A stretch of 51,872 bases of DNA from Gammaproteobacteria bacterium (GCA_050298595.1 JBNKUM010000084.1:1-51872); one strand, 5' to 3'; shown: positions 38,401 through 50,137, counted from the first letter of the stretch. The notes: generated from the sequence alone by a model not told the origin. Program-made: numbers and translations.

Positions 38401-38669
38401 ATAATGGCTACCCCTGACCATTTCGCCTGTCCCAAATTTGCTGCGTGAACCGATATTCATATTAACTTACTCCCAAAGACAGGTTGAGTTGACTACAAAA
38501 TTTTGATCTCAAAATATTGTCAAACACAAACTTGCACCCTGCGGCATTCAATCAAACTGTATTTTGCCCTATTATTGCTCAGCCTTTGCTACAAAAGCAT
38601 AGCATGTGCACAATAAGTGCACTGAAAACACTGATTTAAAACCCGTTTAACTCTTATCAAGGAAAAATC

Positions 38670-39869
38670 ATGACATACGAATTTGCGCCCATGCCCAATG
38701 AACAGGGTTACTTTGGAGAATATGGTGGTCAGATAATACCACCGGAATTAAAGCAGATCATGGATGACATCAATGATGCCTACGACCAGGTCAGCCAGAG
38801 CGAAGCATTTATACAGGAACTAGCCTCTCTCAATGTAGATTATGTAGGTCGACCGAGCCCGATTTACTATGCCAGTCGACTGTCTGAAAAACTTGGCGGT
38901 GCGCGTATTTTTCTGAAAAGAGAAGATTTGAATCACACCGGTGCTCATAAAATCAATCATTGTCTGGGCGAAGCTCTGCTCGCCAAGCATATGGGCAAGA
39001 CCAAGGTACTGGCCGAAACTGGTGCCGGTCAACATGGAGTAGCACTGGCAACAGCCTGCTCCTTAGTCGGCATCGATTGCGAAATTCACATGGGTCAGAT
39101 CGATATCGAAAAAGAACACCCGAATGTTACCAAAATGAAGATCCTCGGTTGTAAGCTGGTTCCTGTTACTCGCGGCACGCAAACCCTGAAAGATGCGGTG
39201 GACAGTGCATTTGAAGAATACCTGAAAGATCCCGTGAATTTTTTCTACGCCATTGGTTCTGTAGTAGGCCCACATCCTTTTCCAAAAATGGTGCGCGATT
39301 TTCAGAGTATTGTAGGCTTTGAAGCACGTGCTCAATTCTTCGAAAAACAGGGCAAACTACCCGACATCATCACTGCCTGTGTGGGTGGCGGCTCAAATGC
39401 GATTGGTTTATTCACTGCCTTTTTAGAAGATGAAAACGTCAGAATGGTAGGCGTAGAACCAGCCGGTAAAGGACTCGACACGGCTGATCATGCAGCCACC
39501 CTCACCCTTGGCAAAAAGGGCGCTATCCATGGTTTTGAATGTTACAATCTGCAGGATGATGAAGGTAACCCACTACCTGTTTATTCTATTGCTTCCGGGC
39601 TGGATTACCCTGGCGTTGGTCCACAGCATTGCTACCTTAAAGATATCAAGCGCGTGGAATATGTGACCGCCGATGACAAGGAATGCCTGGATGCATTTTT
39701 GACATTATCGCGTATGGAAGGCATTATCCCTGCGCTGGAAAGTGCACACGCTGTTGCTTATGCCATGCGTATTGCTCCCACCATGTCCAGTAAACAGACG
39801 ATCCTGATCAACCTGTCTGGCCGTGGCGACAAGGATGCAGATTTTGTAGCCAATAAGCTCGGCTTGTAA
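38670..39869 (+). CDS. trpB: Tryptophan synthase beta subunit (stand-alone)
   Basis: [46 protein letters not shown]. Confidence 0.96.
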   Translation: MTYEFAPMPNEQGYFGEYGGQIIPPELKQIMDDINDAYDQVSQSEAFIQELASLNVDYVGRPSPIYYASRLSEKLGGARIFLKREDLNHTGAHKINHCLGEALLAKHMGKTKVLAETGAGQHGVALATACSLVGIDCEIHMGQIDIEKEHPNVTKMKILGCKLVPVTRGTQTLKDAVDSAFEEYLKDPVNFFYAIGSVVGPHPFPKMVRDFQSIVGFEARAQFFEKQGKLPDIITACVGGGSNAIGLFTAFLEDENVRMVGVEPAGKGLDTADHAATLTLGKKGAIHGFECYNLQDDEGNPLPVYSIASGLDYPGVGPQHCYLKDIKRVEYVTADDKECLDAFLTLSRMEGIIPALESAHAVAYAMRIAPTMSSKQTILINLSGRGDKDADFVANKLGL

Positions 39870-39879
39870 CACATAAAAA

Positions 39880-39906
39880 GCCGACAGATTCAATCGATCT
39901 GTCGGC
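39880..39906. terminator. Stem-loop after trpB
   Basis: gccgacagat / atctgtcggc 10-bp stem; the U-tract is better on the minus strand. Confidence 0.6.
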
Positions 39907-39996
39907 AAAAATTGCATCAATCTATTGATGTGCCTCATATTGCCGGACTAAGCTAAGGGTATGCAGAATGCTTAGCTGCAAGTATACTCTGTAACT

Positions 39997-40578
39997 ATGA
40001 CTGAATATCTGCTAATTCTGATCAGCACGATCTTTGTAAACAATATCGTGCTGGTAAAATTCCTTGGCCTCTGTCCTTTCATGGGTGTTTCACGCAAGGT
40101 TGAAACTGCCATAGGTATGAGCCTGGCCACCACCTTTGTACTCACGCTGTCTTCAATTTTGAGCTATATGGTGGATAGCTGGATTCTGGCACCGCTGGAT
40201 CTGGAGTTTCTGCGCACCATTGCATTCATCATCACCATCGCCGCAGTGGTTAATTTCACCGAAATGGTGGTGCATAAAACCAGCCCCTTATTACACAATG
40301 TACTGGGTATTTTTCTGCCATTAATCACAACTAACTGTGCGGTCCTTGGTGTCGCCTTGCTAAATATTCAGCAACAACATAGTTTCTTGCAATCTGCTGT
40401 TTACGGATTTGGTGCCGCAGTCGGATTTTCCATGGTGCTAATACTATTCGCCGCTATGCGCGAGCGTGTCAATGTCGCCGATGTGCCTGTCCCCTTTCAG
40501 GGTGCCGCAATCGGACTCATCACTGCTGGACTGATGTCTCTCGCATTTATGGGCCTCAGCGGTTTAGTAAAAGTCTAA
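39997..40578 (+). CDS. rsxA: Rnf/Rsx electron transport complex subunit A
   Basis: [22 protein letters not shown]. Confidence 0.96.
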   Translation: MTEYLLILISTIFVNNIVLVKFLGLCPFMGVSRKVETAIGMSLATTFVLTLSSILSYMVDSWILAPLDLEFLRTIAFIITIAAVVNFTEMVVHKTSPLLHNVLGIFLPLITTNCAVLGVALLNIQQQHSFLQSAVYGFGAAVGFSMVLILFAAMRERVNVADVPVPFQGAAIGLITAGLMSLAFMGLSGLVKV

Positions 40579-41141
40579 TGCTAGTCCTTATCGCAGTATT
40601 CACCCTCAGCTTTATAGCCGGTAGCTTTGGGCTGATTCTTGGCTACGCTTCTATTCGCTTCAAGGTTGAAGGCAACCCTATCGTTGATCAAATCGATGCA
40701 ATCCTGCCGCAAACCCAGTGTGGCCAGTGCGGTTATGCAGGCTGTCGCCCTTATGCGGAAGCCATCGCCAAAGGAGAGGCCCCAATCAACCAATGCTCTC
40801 CCGGCGGCCAGAACACCATTGCCACACTCGCTGACCTACTAGGTGTTGAGGTGTTAGAGCTCAATTCAGAACATGGGGAGCATAAAGTCGTACCCACGGT
40901 GGCTCATATCGATGAACAGACCTGCATCGGTTGCACGCTGTGCATCCAGGCTTGCCCGGTAGATGCCATTCTGGGGTCGGCCAAACATATGCACACCATA
41001 ATTTCCAGTGAATGCACTGGCTGTGAACTCTGCCTGCCACCCTGCCCAGTTGACTGTATTACGATGGTTCCAGTCAAGCAGACACTAGCCGACTGGAAAT
41101 GGACCGCACCAGATGAAGCAGGAGTTCAACATGTCGGGTAA
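40578..41141 (+). CDS. rsxB: Rnf/Rsx subunit B
   Basis: [38 protein letters not shown]. Confidence 0.96.
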   Translation: MLVLIAVFTLSFIAGSFGLILGYASIRFKVEGNPIVDQIDAILPQTQCGQCGYAGCRPYAEAIAKGEAPINQCSPGGQNTIATLADLLGVEVLELNSEHGEHKVVPTVAHIDEQTCIGCTLCIQACPVDAILGSAKHMHTIISSECTGCELCLPPCPVDCITMVPVKQTLADWKWTAPDEAGVQHVG

Positions 41142-42795
41142 TCCGGGGTTATTTAAATTTCATGGCGGTCTGCATCTGGATGAGCACAAGAAGGAGTCTC
41201 TGGGTAGCGAAATTCAAATCGCCAGCCTGCCGGATGAAATCATCCTGCGCGTCAGCCAGCATATTGGAGAGCATAACGACCCTCTGGTAGAGGTTGGTGA
41301 GAGCGTAAAAAAAGGCCAACTACTGGCAGAAACCAGAGCACCTGTTAGCGCCCCGGTACATGCCCCAAGCTCTGGAGTCATTACTGCGATTGAAGCGCGC
41401 CCTATTGCTCACGCTTCTGGTCAAAACGACCTCTGCATCATCATTAAACCCGATGGCAAAGATGAAGCAATTAGCACTCATACAGCACCAGTTGAACCCT
41501 TAAGCAATGGGGACATGCTGGCTCGTATTCGTAAAGCAGGCATAGTCGGCCTGGGTGGCGCGGTATTCCCAACTGCAGCCAAACTGGAAACAGCCTATCA
41601 GCATCATATTAAAACCCTGGTTATCAATGGCGCAGAATGCGAACCCTATATCACCTGTGATGATATGTTAATGCAGGTCGATGCCACTAAAGTCATGCGG
41701 GGAGTTCAACTTTTGCAGACAATGCTGCAACCCCAGCAAACCCTGATCGGCATTGAGGACAACAAGCCAACTGCAATAAAATCTATGCGTGCTGCATTGG
41801 CCGACTTGTCTTTAGCCAATACTCAAGTGGTAACGATACCAACGCTGTACCCCTCGGGCGGTGAAAAGCAATTAATTAAAATCCTCACCGGACAGGAAGT
41901 TCCAAGTGGAGAGCTGGCATTTAAAATTGGCTTCTTAACACAGAATGTTGGTACCTGTGCAGCCATAGCCGATGCTATCGATCAGGATATACCCCTCATT
42001 TCACGTATAGTCACGATAACAGGCCCAGGTATAAAAAACCCAGGTAACTGGCGAGTGATTTTAGGCACCCCCATACATCATCTGATTACATTGGCAGGCG
42101 GCTATACGGTAGAGAACCCCAAATTAATAATGGGGGGACCGATGATGGGCCTGCCCTTGCATAGCGACCAGATTCCGGTAGTGAAAGCAACCAACACCAT
42201 TCTGGTGCTCGATCAACAGGACCAGCCAGAGGTTACTGAATGCGTACGTTGCGGCCAGTGTGCAGAGGTCTGCCCGGTGAACTTACTGCCCCAGCAGCTT
42301 TACTGGCACAGCCGCTCAAGACAGTTTGAGATATCTGAACAGTATCATTTATTCGACTGCATCGAATGTGGATGTTGTTCTGCGGTTTGTCCTAGCCATA
42401 TCCCTCTGGTGCAATATTACCGCTTCTCCAAGAGCGAAATATGGGAACAGCGCAAAAAAACCTACCAGTCAGATCGTGCGCGTAAACGCCATGAGTTTCG
42501 CGAGGCCCGCATCCTCAAACAGAAGATGCAGGATGAAGAGCGCCGACGTGAAAAACGTGAAGCGCTAGAAAAGAAAAAGCTGGCCGAGCAACAGGCGAAA
42601 CAAGAAACTGCGACTACCGAATCGGCCCCATCTCCTACAGTAGATGCAGTACAGGCTGCTCTGGAACGTGTAAAAGCTCGAAAAAGTCAGCAGACTGTCC
42701 AACCCAAAAATATCGAGAATCTGACACCTGCTCAACAACGCCAGATCGATGAAGCCGAAGCACGTCGAAACGGAAATAAATCGGATAACCCATGA
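41131..42795 (+). CDS. rsxC: Rnf/Rsx subunit C
   Basis: [40 protein letters not shown]. Start at 41131 after GGAG. Confidence 0.96.
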   Translation: MSGNPGLFKFHGGLHLDEHKKESLGSEIQIASLPDEIILRVSQHIGEHNDPLVEVGESVKKGQLLAETRAPVSAPVHAPSSGVITAIEARPIAHASGQNDLCIIIKPDGKDEAISTHTAPVEPLSNGDMLARIRKAGIVGLGGAVFPTAAKLETAYQHHIKTLVINGAECEPYITCDDMLMQVDATKVMRGVQLLQTMLQPQQTLIGIEDNKPTAIKSMRAALADLSLANTQVVTIPTLYPSGGEKQLIKILTGQEVPSGELAFKIGFLTQNVGTCAAIADAIDQDIPLISRIVTITGPGIKNPGNWRVILGTPIHHLITLAGGYTVENPKLIMGGPMMGLPLHSDQIPVVKATNTILVLDQQDQPEVTECVRCGQCAEVCPVNLLPQQLYWHSRSRQFEISEQYHLFDCIECGCCSAVCPSHIPLVQYYRFSKSEIWEQRKKTYQSDRARKRHEFREARILKQKMQDEERRREKREALEKKKLAEQQAKQETATTESAPSPTVDAVQAALERVKARKSQQTVQPKNIENLTPAQQRQIDEAEARRNGNKSDNP

Positions 42796-43823
42796 GCCTA
42801 AACTCTTCTCCGTTCATCTCTCCATCTGCCCACATCAACCGCATGATGCTGAATGTGATCATCGCTCTGATCCCAGGTACTGTGGCATATATCTGGTATT
42901 TTGGCGTTGGACTCATTGTTAATCTGGTATTCGCGATCGGATTTGCCCTGTTATTTGAAACGATAATCTTACTGCTACGTAAACGCCCGCTTAAACCCTA
43001 TCTTTCAGATTACAGTGCAGTAGTCACCGCCTGGTTATTAGCGCTGTGTATCCCTATGCATAGTCCATGGTGGCTGATAGTCGTCGGCATAGGCTTTGCC
43101 ATGATTGCAGGTAAACACCTGTATGGTGGGCTTGGCTTTAACCCCTTTAACCCAGCCATGGTGGGTTACGTGGTGTTATTGATTTCTTTCCCCAGAGATA
43201 TGACCAACTGGTTTCTGCCGATACAAATTAGTGGTGATTCTCTCAATCTGGCACAGGCTTTTAGTTACACCTTAGGTCTGGTCGATATCCAACAATGGGA
43301 TGCCTTAACATCAGCCACACCACTGGATCAATTCAAGACCAATCTGGGACTGGATATGACGGTTAGCGAGATCAAACAATCACCTATATTTGGTGATTTT
43401 GCCGGTGTGGGCTGGGAATGGATAGCCAACTGGTGGTTTGTTGGTGGCCTGTATCTTCTGTTTACTAAAACCATACGCTGGCATATTCCTGTCGCAATGA
43501 TTTCAGGTGTACTGCTGATTGCTAGCATATTTTATGTGGTCAACCCTGATAGCGTTGCCTCGCCCGGCTTTCACCTGTTCTCAGGTGGTTTCATGCTGGG
43601 GGCTTTCTTCATTGCTACCGATCCAGTTACCGCATCAACCACTCGCAATGGGCGCCTGATTTATGGATTTATGATCGGCCTGCTGGTGTACATCATTCGC
43701 AGTTGGGGTGGTTATCCTGACGGCGTCGCCTTCTCGGTTCTATTAGCCAACATGGCTGTGCCGCTTATCGATTATTACACCCAGCCCCGTGTATTTGGCG
43801 TCAAGGCTCCGGAAGATCATTAA
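42792..43823 (+). CDS. rsxD: Rnf/Rsx subunit D
   Basis: KHLYGGLGFNPFNPAM, TSATPL (FMN Thr), FFIATDPVT, GYPDG. Confidence 0.96.
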   Translation: MSLNSSPFISPSAHINRMMLNVIIALIPGTVAYIWYFGVGLIVNLVFAIGFALLFETIILLLRKRPLKPYLSDYSAVVTAWLLALCIPMHSPWWLIVVGIGFAMIAGKHLYGGLGFNPFNPAMVGYVVLLISFPRDMTNWFLPIQISGDSLNLAQAFSYTLGLVDIQQWDALTSATPLDQFKTNLGLDMTVSEIKQSPIFGDFAGVGWEWIANWWFVGGLYLLFTKTIRWHIPVAMISGVLLIASIFYVVNPDSVASPGFHLFSGGFMLGAFFIATDPVTASTTRNGRLIYGFMIGLLVYIIRSWGGYPDGVAFSVLLANMAVPLIDYYTQPRVFGVKAPEDH

Positions 43824-44452
43824 TGCAGATACAACTGAACAGTAAATTCGTACAGATAGTTATCTCAGGATTCCTATTATGGCTGTTTGCCGTGGTAGGT
43901 ACCGCGCTAGTCGCACTCACTCAGGTTAGTACACAGCAACAAATCGCAGCCAATGAGCGCATGGTATTACTGAGAAACCTCTACATATTAATCCCGAAAC
44001 AAAAGCTCGATAATGATATTGCTCAGGATACTCTGGAACTTCCCGCCTCTGAACAACTCGGTACTAAAAAACCCAGCATAGTTTATCGGGCACGCAAAAA
44101 TGGCGAACCCGTCGCTGTAATCTTCAATACCATCGCACCGGATGGCTATAGTGGCAATATCTACCTGCTGGTAGCTGTGTATAACGATGGAACACTGGCG
44201 GGTGTACGCGCTGTAAAACATAATGAAACCCCTGGCCTTGGCGACTCGATTGACGCAAAAAAATCAGACTGGATTTTAGGTTTTGATGGAAAGTCACTGG
44301 ACAACCCTGTACCAGAAAAATGGAAAGTAAAACGTGATGGCGGTGATTTCGATCAGATCACAGGTGCTACTATCACCCCAAGAGCCATTGTTAAAGCCGT
44401 TAAGAATACTCTGGATTATTTTCAGGCTAACCGTGAGAAACTCTTCCAATGA
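43823..44452 (+). CDS. rsxG: Rnf/Rsx subunit G
   Basis: APDGYSG, HNETPGLGD, FDQITGATIT. Confidence 0.96.
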   Translation: MQIQLNSKFVQIVISGFLLWLFAVVGTALVALTQVSTQQQIAANERMVLLRNLYILIPKQKLDNDIAQDTLELPASEQLGTKKPSIVYRARKNGEPVAVIFNTIAPDGYSGNIYLLVAVYNDGTLAGVRAVKHNETPGLGDSIDAKKSDWILGFDGKSLDNPVPEKWKVKRDGGDFDQITGATITPRAIVKAVKNTLDYFQANREKLFQ

Positions 44453-45129
44453 ACAGCAATAGCGAAATCGTTCGTAATGGTTTGTGGAAAAACAATGTCG
44501 CACTGGTGCAACTGCTCGGCCTGTGCCCAATGCTAGCAGTCACCAGCACCGCTATCAATGGCATAGGCCTGGGTCTTGCAACCATGATGACGCTGGTGAT
44601 ATCCAATACTTTGGTTTCCCTGATACGCGATGTAGTGAGGCAGGAAGTCAGGTTGCCCGTATTTGTACTCATCATTGCATCCGTTGTCACTATCATTGAA
44701 TTAATCATGAAAGCCTGGTTTTACGAACTGTATCTGGTGCTAGGTATTTTTATCCCGCTGATAGTCACCAATTGCTCCATCATCGGCAGGGCCGAGGGCT
44801 TTGCCTCACGCAATCCTGTGGGGGCCTCTGCACTGGATGGATTTATGATGGGTCTGGGCTTTTTGCTAGTTCTGGCAACACTCGGTATGATGCGTGAAGT
44901 CATTGGTTTTGGAACGATTTTCGCTCAGGCTGACGTAATGTTTGGTGAGGCTGCAGGTTTTCTAACCCTTTCCCTGTTTCAGGACTACGGTGGATTTTTA
45001 GTTGCTGTGTTACCACCCGGCGCGTTTTTTGGGTTAGCACTATTAATTGTGGGTAAAAATCTGATCGAACAGCGCTTAATTTCAACTGCACAAACTATCA
45101 GTACTGAAGCCGTGGAAACTACCAGTTAA
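44449..45129 (+). CDS. rsxE: Rnf/Rsx subunit E
   Basis: LLGLCPMLAV, PLIVTNC, LPPGAF. Confidence 0.96.
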   Translation: MNSNSEIVRNGLWKNNVALVQLLGLCPMLAVTSTAINGIGLGLATMMTLVISNTLVSLIRDVVRQEVRLPVFVLIIASVVTIIELIMKAWFYELYLVLGIFIPLIVTNCSIIGRAEGFASRNPVGASALDGFMMGLGFLLVLATLGMMREVIGFGTIFAQADVMFGEAAGFLTLSLFQDYGGFLVAVLPPGAFFGLALLIVGKNLIEQRLISTAQTISTEAVETTS

Positions 45130-45319
45130 GCCAACATAACGCTGACAGTTTTTAACCTGTTCCAGTTCGATCAGATTACTGAGCTGACTGATCAACTCAA
45201 AATGATTGGATTAAAGGCTTCAAAGTGTTCAATTTGTATTATAATAACTCGTCGAGGAGAAACCCTCAGTCAGCTGAATATGCAATATCTATAAATCGTG
45301 TTTTTCCCTGTTCGACTTT

Positions 45320-46207
45320 TTGATGATTAATCTATTCACCCCTTTACTTCTTTTATTGTTCAGTAGCACCTTACTGGCCCAAACCCCGGAAATGTCAACT
45401 TCAACAAATGAAGCCACAACTCTTGTTATTGGCATATTCCCAAGGCGTGGCCCAGCCCTGACGGTGCGTTTATTTAAACCGCTGAAAAACTATCTCGAAC
45501 AACACACCCAATATAAATTCACTCTTGAAACATCACCAGACTTCAGTTCTTTTCGGAAAAACCTTCAACAACGCCGTTACGATCTGGTGCACTTTAATCA
45601 GTACCATTATGTAAAAACTCATGACAGCCTGAATTACGACTTACTGGTTCAAAATGAAGAATTCGGTGAAAAAACTATTCGGGGTGGTATTTACGTACGC
45701 AAAGATTCAGGCATCGACTCGTTACAGCAATTACGTGGTAAAAGCATCCTCTTCGGTGGTGGAAAAGAAGCCATGATGAGTTACATCGTGCCACGATATC
45801 TACTGGCTAAAGCAGGATTACAGCCATCTGATTTTAAATCACTTTTTGCAAGCAACCCTCCGAATTCAATACTCGCAACCTATACCAGACAGGTGATTGC
45901 CAGTGGTGCAGGAGAAATAGCAACTCGACTACCGATAGTGACTAGAAAAATCGATACCAACGAATTAAAGACTTTGGCTGTTAGCGATGAAATGGCTAAC
46001 CTGCCCTGGGCAATAAAGCGAGAGCTAGCCGGTGACATAGCACAGCAAATCAAACATCTCCTGCTAACACTTAACAACAGCGAATCAGGCCGAAAAGTTT
46101 TGCAGGCAGCAAGGCTTACCGCATTTAACCCGGCAGTAGATGAAGACTACAATCCGCACAGGGAAATCATAAACTACGTTGAAGCCGGACACCGCTGGAC
46201 ATACTAA
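45320..46207 (+). CDS. PhnD/phosphate-phosphonate-type periplasmic binding protein with no cognate ABC transporter
   Basis: Signal peptide; LVIGIFP, FKPLKNYLE, IYVRKDSGI..L..LRGK, SYIVP, ASGAG. Confidence 0.85.
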   Translation: MMINLFTPLLLLLFSSTLLAQTPEMSTSTNEATTLVIGIFPRRGPALTVRLFKPLKNYLEQHTQYKFTLETSPDFSSFRKNLQQRRYDLVHFNQYHYVKTHDSLNYDLLVQNEEFGEKTIRGGIYVRKDSGIDSLQQLRGKSILFGGGKEAMMSYIVPRYLLAKAGLQPSDFKSLFASNPPNSILATYTRQVIASGAGEIATRLPIVTRKIDTNELKTLAVSDEMANLPWAIKRELAGDIAQQIKHLLLTLNNSESGRKVLQAARLTAFNPAVDEDYNPHREIINYVEAGHRWTY

Positions 46208-46229
46208 GTTGAAAATCTGGAGTCGTTTT

Positions 46230-49037
46230 ATGAACGGATTACGTTTTAAGTTTGTTTTTGCGATAACTGTTGTTCTGGTGATTACGCTGGTTTCCACAGC
46301 TCGATATCTATACCTGTCGCAACAAAAACTTCTTATCGAAGGCCTTAACAACAAAGCCAACTCACTGGGTAACTTCATTACCCTGATTAGCCCAAAAGCT
46401 ATATACTCTTTTGATATCACTACACTGGATCAATATGTCGAACGTATTGCCAGCGATGTGGATATCAGCTTCGCGATGATAAGAAATTCCGATGGCGTCG
46501 CCATGACCACAGCCTCTCCTCACGGTTTATCATTGGCTCAAATAGCGAAACTCACCGACGCAGAAGAGAATCTGCTTAACCTCGATATCTATAAGTTCCC
46601 GATTAGAGATGAAGGTGATTTACTGGGCGAATTGATTATTGCGGTCGATCGCAGCCGGCTGCTTAGTCTAAACAATAAAAATCTTTTCAAACTGCTGGTC
46701 ATCGATCTGATCATCATCATCTTTCTGGCCTCCATTATTTTCATCATTTTCCACATAAACGTGCTCAGACCGATTAAACATCTGATGCGTGCTGCTCATC
46801 TGGTTAGCCAGGGAAATCTGGATATCAGAGCACCGGTAACTTCTAAAGATGAGCTCAGCCTGCTCGCTGAATGCTTTAACCATATGACTCAGGAAATCAG
46901 TAATGAGCAACGGAAACTTAAGCAAGCTAACATCAACCTGGCCAGTGAAATAGAGCAGCGCATATTAGCTGAAAATCAAATGAAACTGGCAGCCAGTGTT
47001 TTTAGCCATTCGCATGAAGGTATTGTCATCACCGATACCAAAGCAAATATCATCGACGTGAACCAGGCCTTTAGCTCAATCACCGGCTATAACCGCTCTG
47101 AAGTTATAGGGAAAAACCCAAGTTTTTTGCAATCTGGAAAACACGATGATAATTTTTACCGTTTGCTGTGGAAAAGTCTTAAGCATCACGGTTACTGGAG
47201 CGGCGAAATATGGAATCGACGTAAGAGTGGTGAAACCGTTGTTGAACTTCTGACCATTAGCGCAGTTAAGGATTCGAACAATGAAACCAAGCATTTTGTC
47301 GCCCTGTTTTCGGATATTACCAGCCAAATTCAACATCAAAAACAACTGGAGCGAATAGCGCACTACGACTCACTGACCGGTTTACCAAACCGCATGTTAC
47401 TGGCAGATCGACTTAAACAGGCCATTGCACATGCACATCGAACAAAACAGGCTGTTACCGTCGCCTATCTCGATCTGGATGGATTTAAACAGGTAAATGA
47501 TACTTATGGTCATAATCTGGGTGACCAACTACTCATTACCATTTCACAGCGCATGTCCGAATGTCTGCGTGAAAGCGATACTTTAGCTCGACTAGGTGGA
47601 GATGAATTTATTGCCGTGCTTATAGACAGCGATAAAGTTGAAAGCAAAATGTCTATAGACCGTTTACTTAAGACTGCGGCACAACCCGTGAATATAGACA
47701 ATATTGTCATTCAGGTAACAGCCAGTATCGGCGTAACTAGCTACCCTCAGAAGCAGGACGTTGACGCTGATCAGTTGGTTCGACAGGCCGACCAGGCAAT
47801 GTATAGAGCCAAACTCGAGGGTAAAAACAGATACTATCAGTTTGACCCAGAAGAAGATCAGAATCTGCGCGGACATCATGAAAAAGTAGAACGTATTCGA
47901 GTTGGACTGGAAAATAATGAATTTAAACTTTACTACCAACCCAAGGTAAACTTACGCACTGGAAAAATTATAGGAGCTGAAGCCTTGATTCGTTGGAATC
48001 ACAGCGAAGAAGGCATACTGTCTCCGGGATTTTTTCTGCCCTTGATTGAACAAAATCCGCTTTCGGTCACCTTAGGTGAGTGGGTAATCAACAACGCTTT
48101 ACAGCAGTTACAGGAATGGCGTAAACAGGGGCTGGATATCTCAGTAAGCGTAAATATCGGCGCCTACCATATCCAAAAGGATAACTTTGTGCAGAGCCTG
48201 AGAGAATTGCTTGGCAAGTATGATCAGTACGATGTTAATCGCCTGCAGATTGAAGTGCTTGAAACCAGCACCCTGGATATCGTCCATGTTGCACAAACCA
48301 TGCACGAATGCCTGGAAATGGGTATTGATTTTGCACTGGATGACTTTGGTACAGGTTATTCAACCCTGACCTACCTGAAGCATTTACCCGCTAATGTTGT
48401 TAAGATTGATGGCAGCTTTGTTCGAGACATGCTGGAAGATCCTGAAGACCTTGCTATTGTTGAAGGGGTAGTAGGACTGGCCAAAGCATTTAGACGTGAG
48501 GTAGTAGCGGAAGGTGTAGAGACGTTGGAGCACGCGGAAATGTTGTTGATGCTTGGCTGTGATCTGGCTCAGGGCTACGCCATAGCCCGCCCCATGCCAG
48601 CTGAAGATTTACCAGACTGGGGCCAGCAATGGTCACCACCATCCAGCTGGAAAAACATCCAGAACATACACAACAGTGACCCTCAGTTACTGCTTGCCAT
48701 GGTAGAGCATAGATACTGGGTATCAAACACCCAAAACTATATCAACGGCAAACACTCTCAACTTCCCGAACAGGATGACACAAAATGTCGATTCGGTAGC
48801 TGGTTAAACACCGAAGGCAAAAGGCTGTATCAAAATCATCCTGAGTTCAACACCATCCAGTCATTACATTCAGAAATTCATGCTGTTGCAAATCGTATGT
48901 TAAAAAACTACCGCAAAAATAATCATGAACTTGCTGAAGAGGATTTAATCAATTTCAACCAGATTCATAATCAGTTACTCAGCGATATTAAAAAGTTATT
49001 GGTTATTGCCCAGTCTTACTCCTTAAATAAACCTTGA
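46230..49037 (+). CDS. Membrane diguanylate cyclase/phosphodiesterase: TM-HAMP-PAS-GGDEF-EAL-CZB
   Basis: Two TMs; HAMP (DELSLLAECFNHM); PAS/PAC (VNQAF..WSGEIWNRRK); intact GGDEF; AEALIRW; DDFGTGYS; C-terminal H..CRFGSW..HSEIH. Start at ATG 46230 after GGAG. Confidence 0.93.
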   Translation: MNGLRFKFVFAITVVLVITLVSTARYLYLSQQKLLIEGLNNKANSLGNFITLISPKAIYSFDITTLDQYVERIASDVDISFAMIRNSDGVAMTTASPHGLSLAQIAKLTDAEENLLNLDIYKFPIRDEGDLLGELIIAVDRSRLLSLNNKNLFKLLVIDLIIIIFLASIIFIIFHINVLRPIKHLMRAAHLVSQGNLDIRAPVTSKDELSLLAECFNHMTQEISNEQRKLKQANINLASEIEQRILAENQMKLAASVFSHSHEGIVITDTKANIIDVNQAFSSITGYNRSEVIGKNPSFLQSGKHDDNFYRLLWKSLKHHGYWSGEIWNRRKSGETVVELLTISAVKDSNNETKHFVALFSDITSQIQHQKQLERIAHYDSLTGLPNRMLLADRLKQAIAHAHRTKQAVTVAYLDLDGFKQVNDTYGHNLGDQLLITISQRMSECLRESDTLARLGGDEFIAVLIDSDKVESKMSIDRLLKTAAQPVNIDNIVIQVTASIGVTSYPQKQDVDADQLVRQADQAMYRAKLEGKNRYYQFDPEEDQNLRGHHEKVERIRVGLENNEFKLYYQPKVNLRTGKIIGAEALIRWNHSEEGILSPGFFLPLIEQNPLSVTLGEWVINNALQQLQEWRKQGLDISVSVNIGAYHIQKDNFVQSLRELLGKYDQYDVNRLQIEVLETSTLDIVHVAQTMHECLEMGIDFALDDFGTGYSTLTYLKHLPANVVKIDGSFVRDMLEDPEDLAIVEGVVGLAKAFRREVVAEGVETLEHAEMLLMLGCDLAQGYAIARPMPAEDLPDWGQQWSPPSSWKNIQNIHNSDPQLLLAMVEHRYWVSNTQNYINGKHSQLPEQDDTKCRFGSWLNTEGKRLYQNHPEFNTIQSLHSEIHAVANRMLKNYRKNNHELAEEDLINFNQIHNQLLSDIKKLLVIAQSYSLNKP

Positions 49038-49065
49038 ACATCCGAAGCCTGCCCGACTGCACAAC

Positions 49066-49701
49066 ATGAATAAACACAAACGAATTGAAATCTTCGGCCG
49101 TTTAAAACAAAACAATCCCGCACCTACCACTGAACTTAAATATCAATCCAGTTTCGAGCTACTGATTGCTGTGATGTTATCCGCCCAGGCGACAGACGTC
49201 AGTGTAAACAAAGCTACAGATAAACTCTACCCGGTCGCCAACACACCCGAGTCAATACTAAAGCTCGGGGAAGAAGGTCTTAAGCAATACATAAAAACCA
49301 TTGGTTTATTCAATTCCAAAGCGGCCAATGTGATCAAAACCTGTCAAATCCTGATCGACCAGCACCAGTCAGAAGTACCGCGTGATCGAGCGAGCCTGGA
49401 AGCCCTACCCGGAGTAGGACGAAAAACCGCAAATGTCATTTTAAATACTGCATTTGGTGAACCCACTATCGCTGTAGATACGCATATCTTTCGAGTATCC
49501 AACCGCACAGGTATCGCACCAGGCAAAGACGTGAATGAGGTTGAAAAAAGACTATTACGCCTGGTACCCGAAGAATATAAGCTCGATGCCCATCACTGGC
49601 TAATTCTACATGGCCGTTATACCTGTATCGCTCGCAAACCACGTTGCTCTAGCTGTATCATCGAAGACCTTTGTGAATACAAAAAGAAAACCGAAGATTA
49701 A
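49066..49701 (+). CDS. nth: Endonuclease III
   Basis: LSAQATD, LPGVGRKTAN, AVDTHIFR, CIARKPRCSSC..C 4Fe-4S motif. Confidence 0.97.
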   Translation: MNKHKRIEIFGRLKQNNPAPTTELKYQSSFELLIAVMLSAQATDVSVNKATDKLYPVANTPESILKLGEEGLKQYIKTIGLFNSKAANVIKTCQILIDQHQSEVPRDRASLEALPGVGRKTANVILNTAFGEPTIAVDTHIFRVSNRTGIAPGKDVNEVEKRLLRLVPEEYKLDAHHWLILHGRYTCIARKPRCSSCIIEDLCEYKKKTED

Positions 49702-49717
49702 TTTAGAGAATCAAAAA

Positions 49718-50137
49718 ATGTACCAATCCCGAGAAGAAATACGCCGAGTTTACCTGACGGTCTGGCAAAAAATGCAACAGGGTAGCGTGCTCGAACCGAT
49801 GGAAGCGATCATCTCCGACATCATCACCCTGCACCCTGAATATCATCAATTACTCGAACAGGGAGAAAGCGTTCATCAAACTGAGTTCACCCCGGAATCG
49901 GGGCAAAGCAATCCATTTCTGCATATGGGGATGCATATTGCGCTGTATGAACAAACCTCAACCAATCGCCCCGTCGGTATCCAGCCGATTCATCAGGAGC
50001 TATCTAAAAAACTGGGGCGTCATGATGCCGAGCATGCCATGATGGAATGCCTGGGGCAGGCATTATGGCAGGCACAAAGAGATCAAAGCCAGCCTGATGA
50101 AATAGCCTACCTGGAGTGTTTGAGAAAACTAAAATGA
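49718..50137 (+). CDS. DUF1841-family protein
   Basis: HPEYH, NPFLHMGMH, AEHAMMECL, YLECL. Start moved to ATG at 49718. Confidence 0.85.
   Translation: MYQSREEIRRVYLTVWQKMQQGSVLEPMEAIISDIITLHPEYHQLLEQGESVHQTEFTPESGQSNPFLHMGMHIALYEQTSTNRPVGIQPIHQELSKKLGRHDAEHAMMECLGQALWQAQRDQSQPDEIAYLECLRKLK

Noticed and set aside
38400-38669. trp leader peptide or attenuator
   Set aside because: No Trp-codon leader ORF or terminator/antiterminator pair was seen.
39915-39930. catcaat-ct-attgatg as an FNR box upstream of rsxA
   Set aside because: The half-sites are in the wrong order (ATCAA-N4-TTGAT rather than TTGAT-N4-ATCAA).
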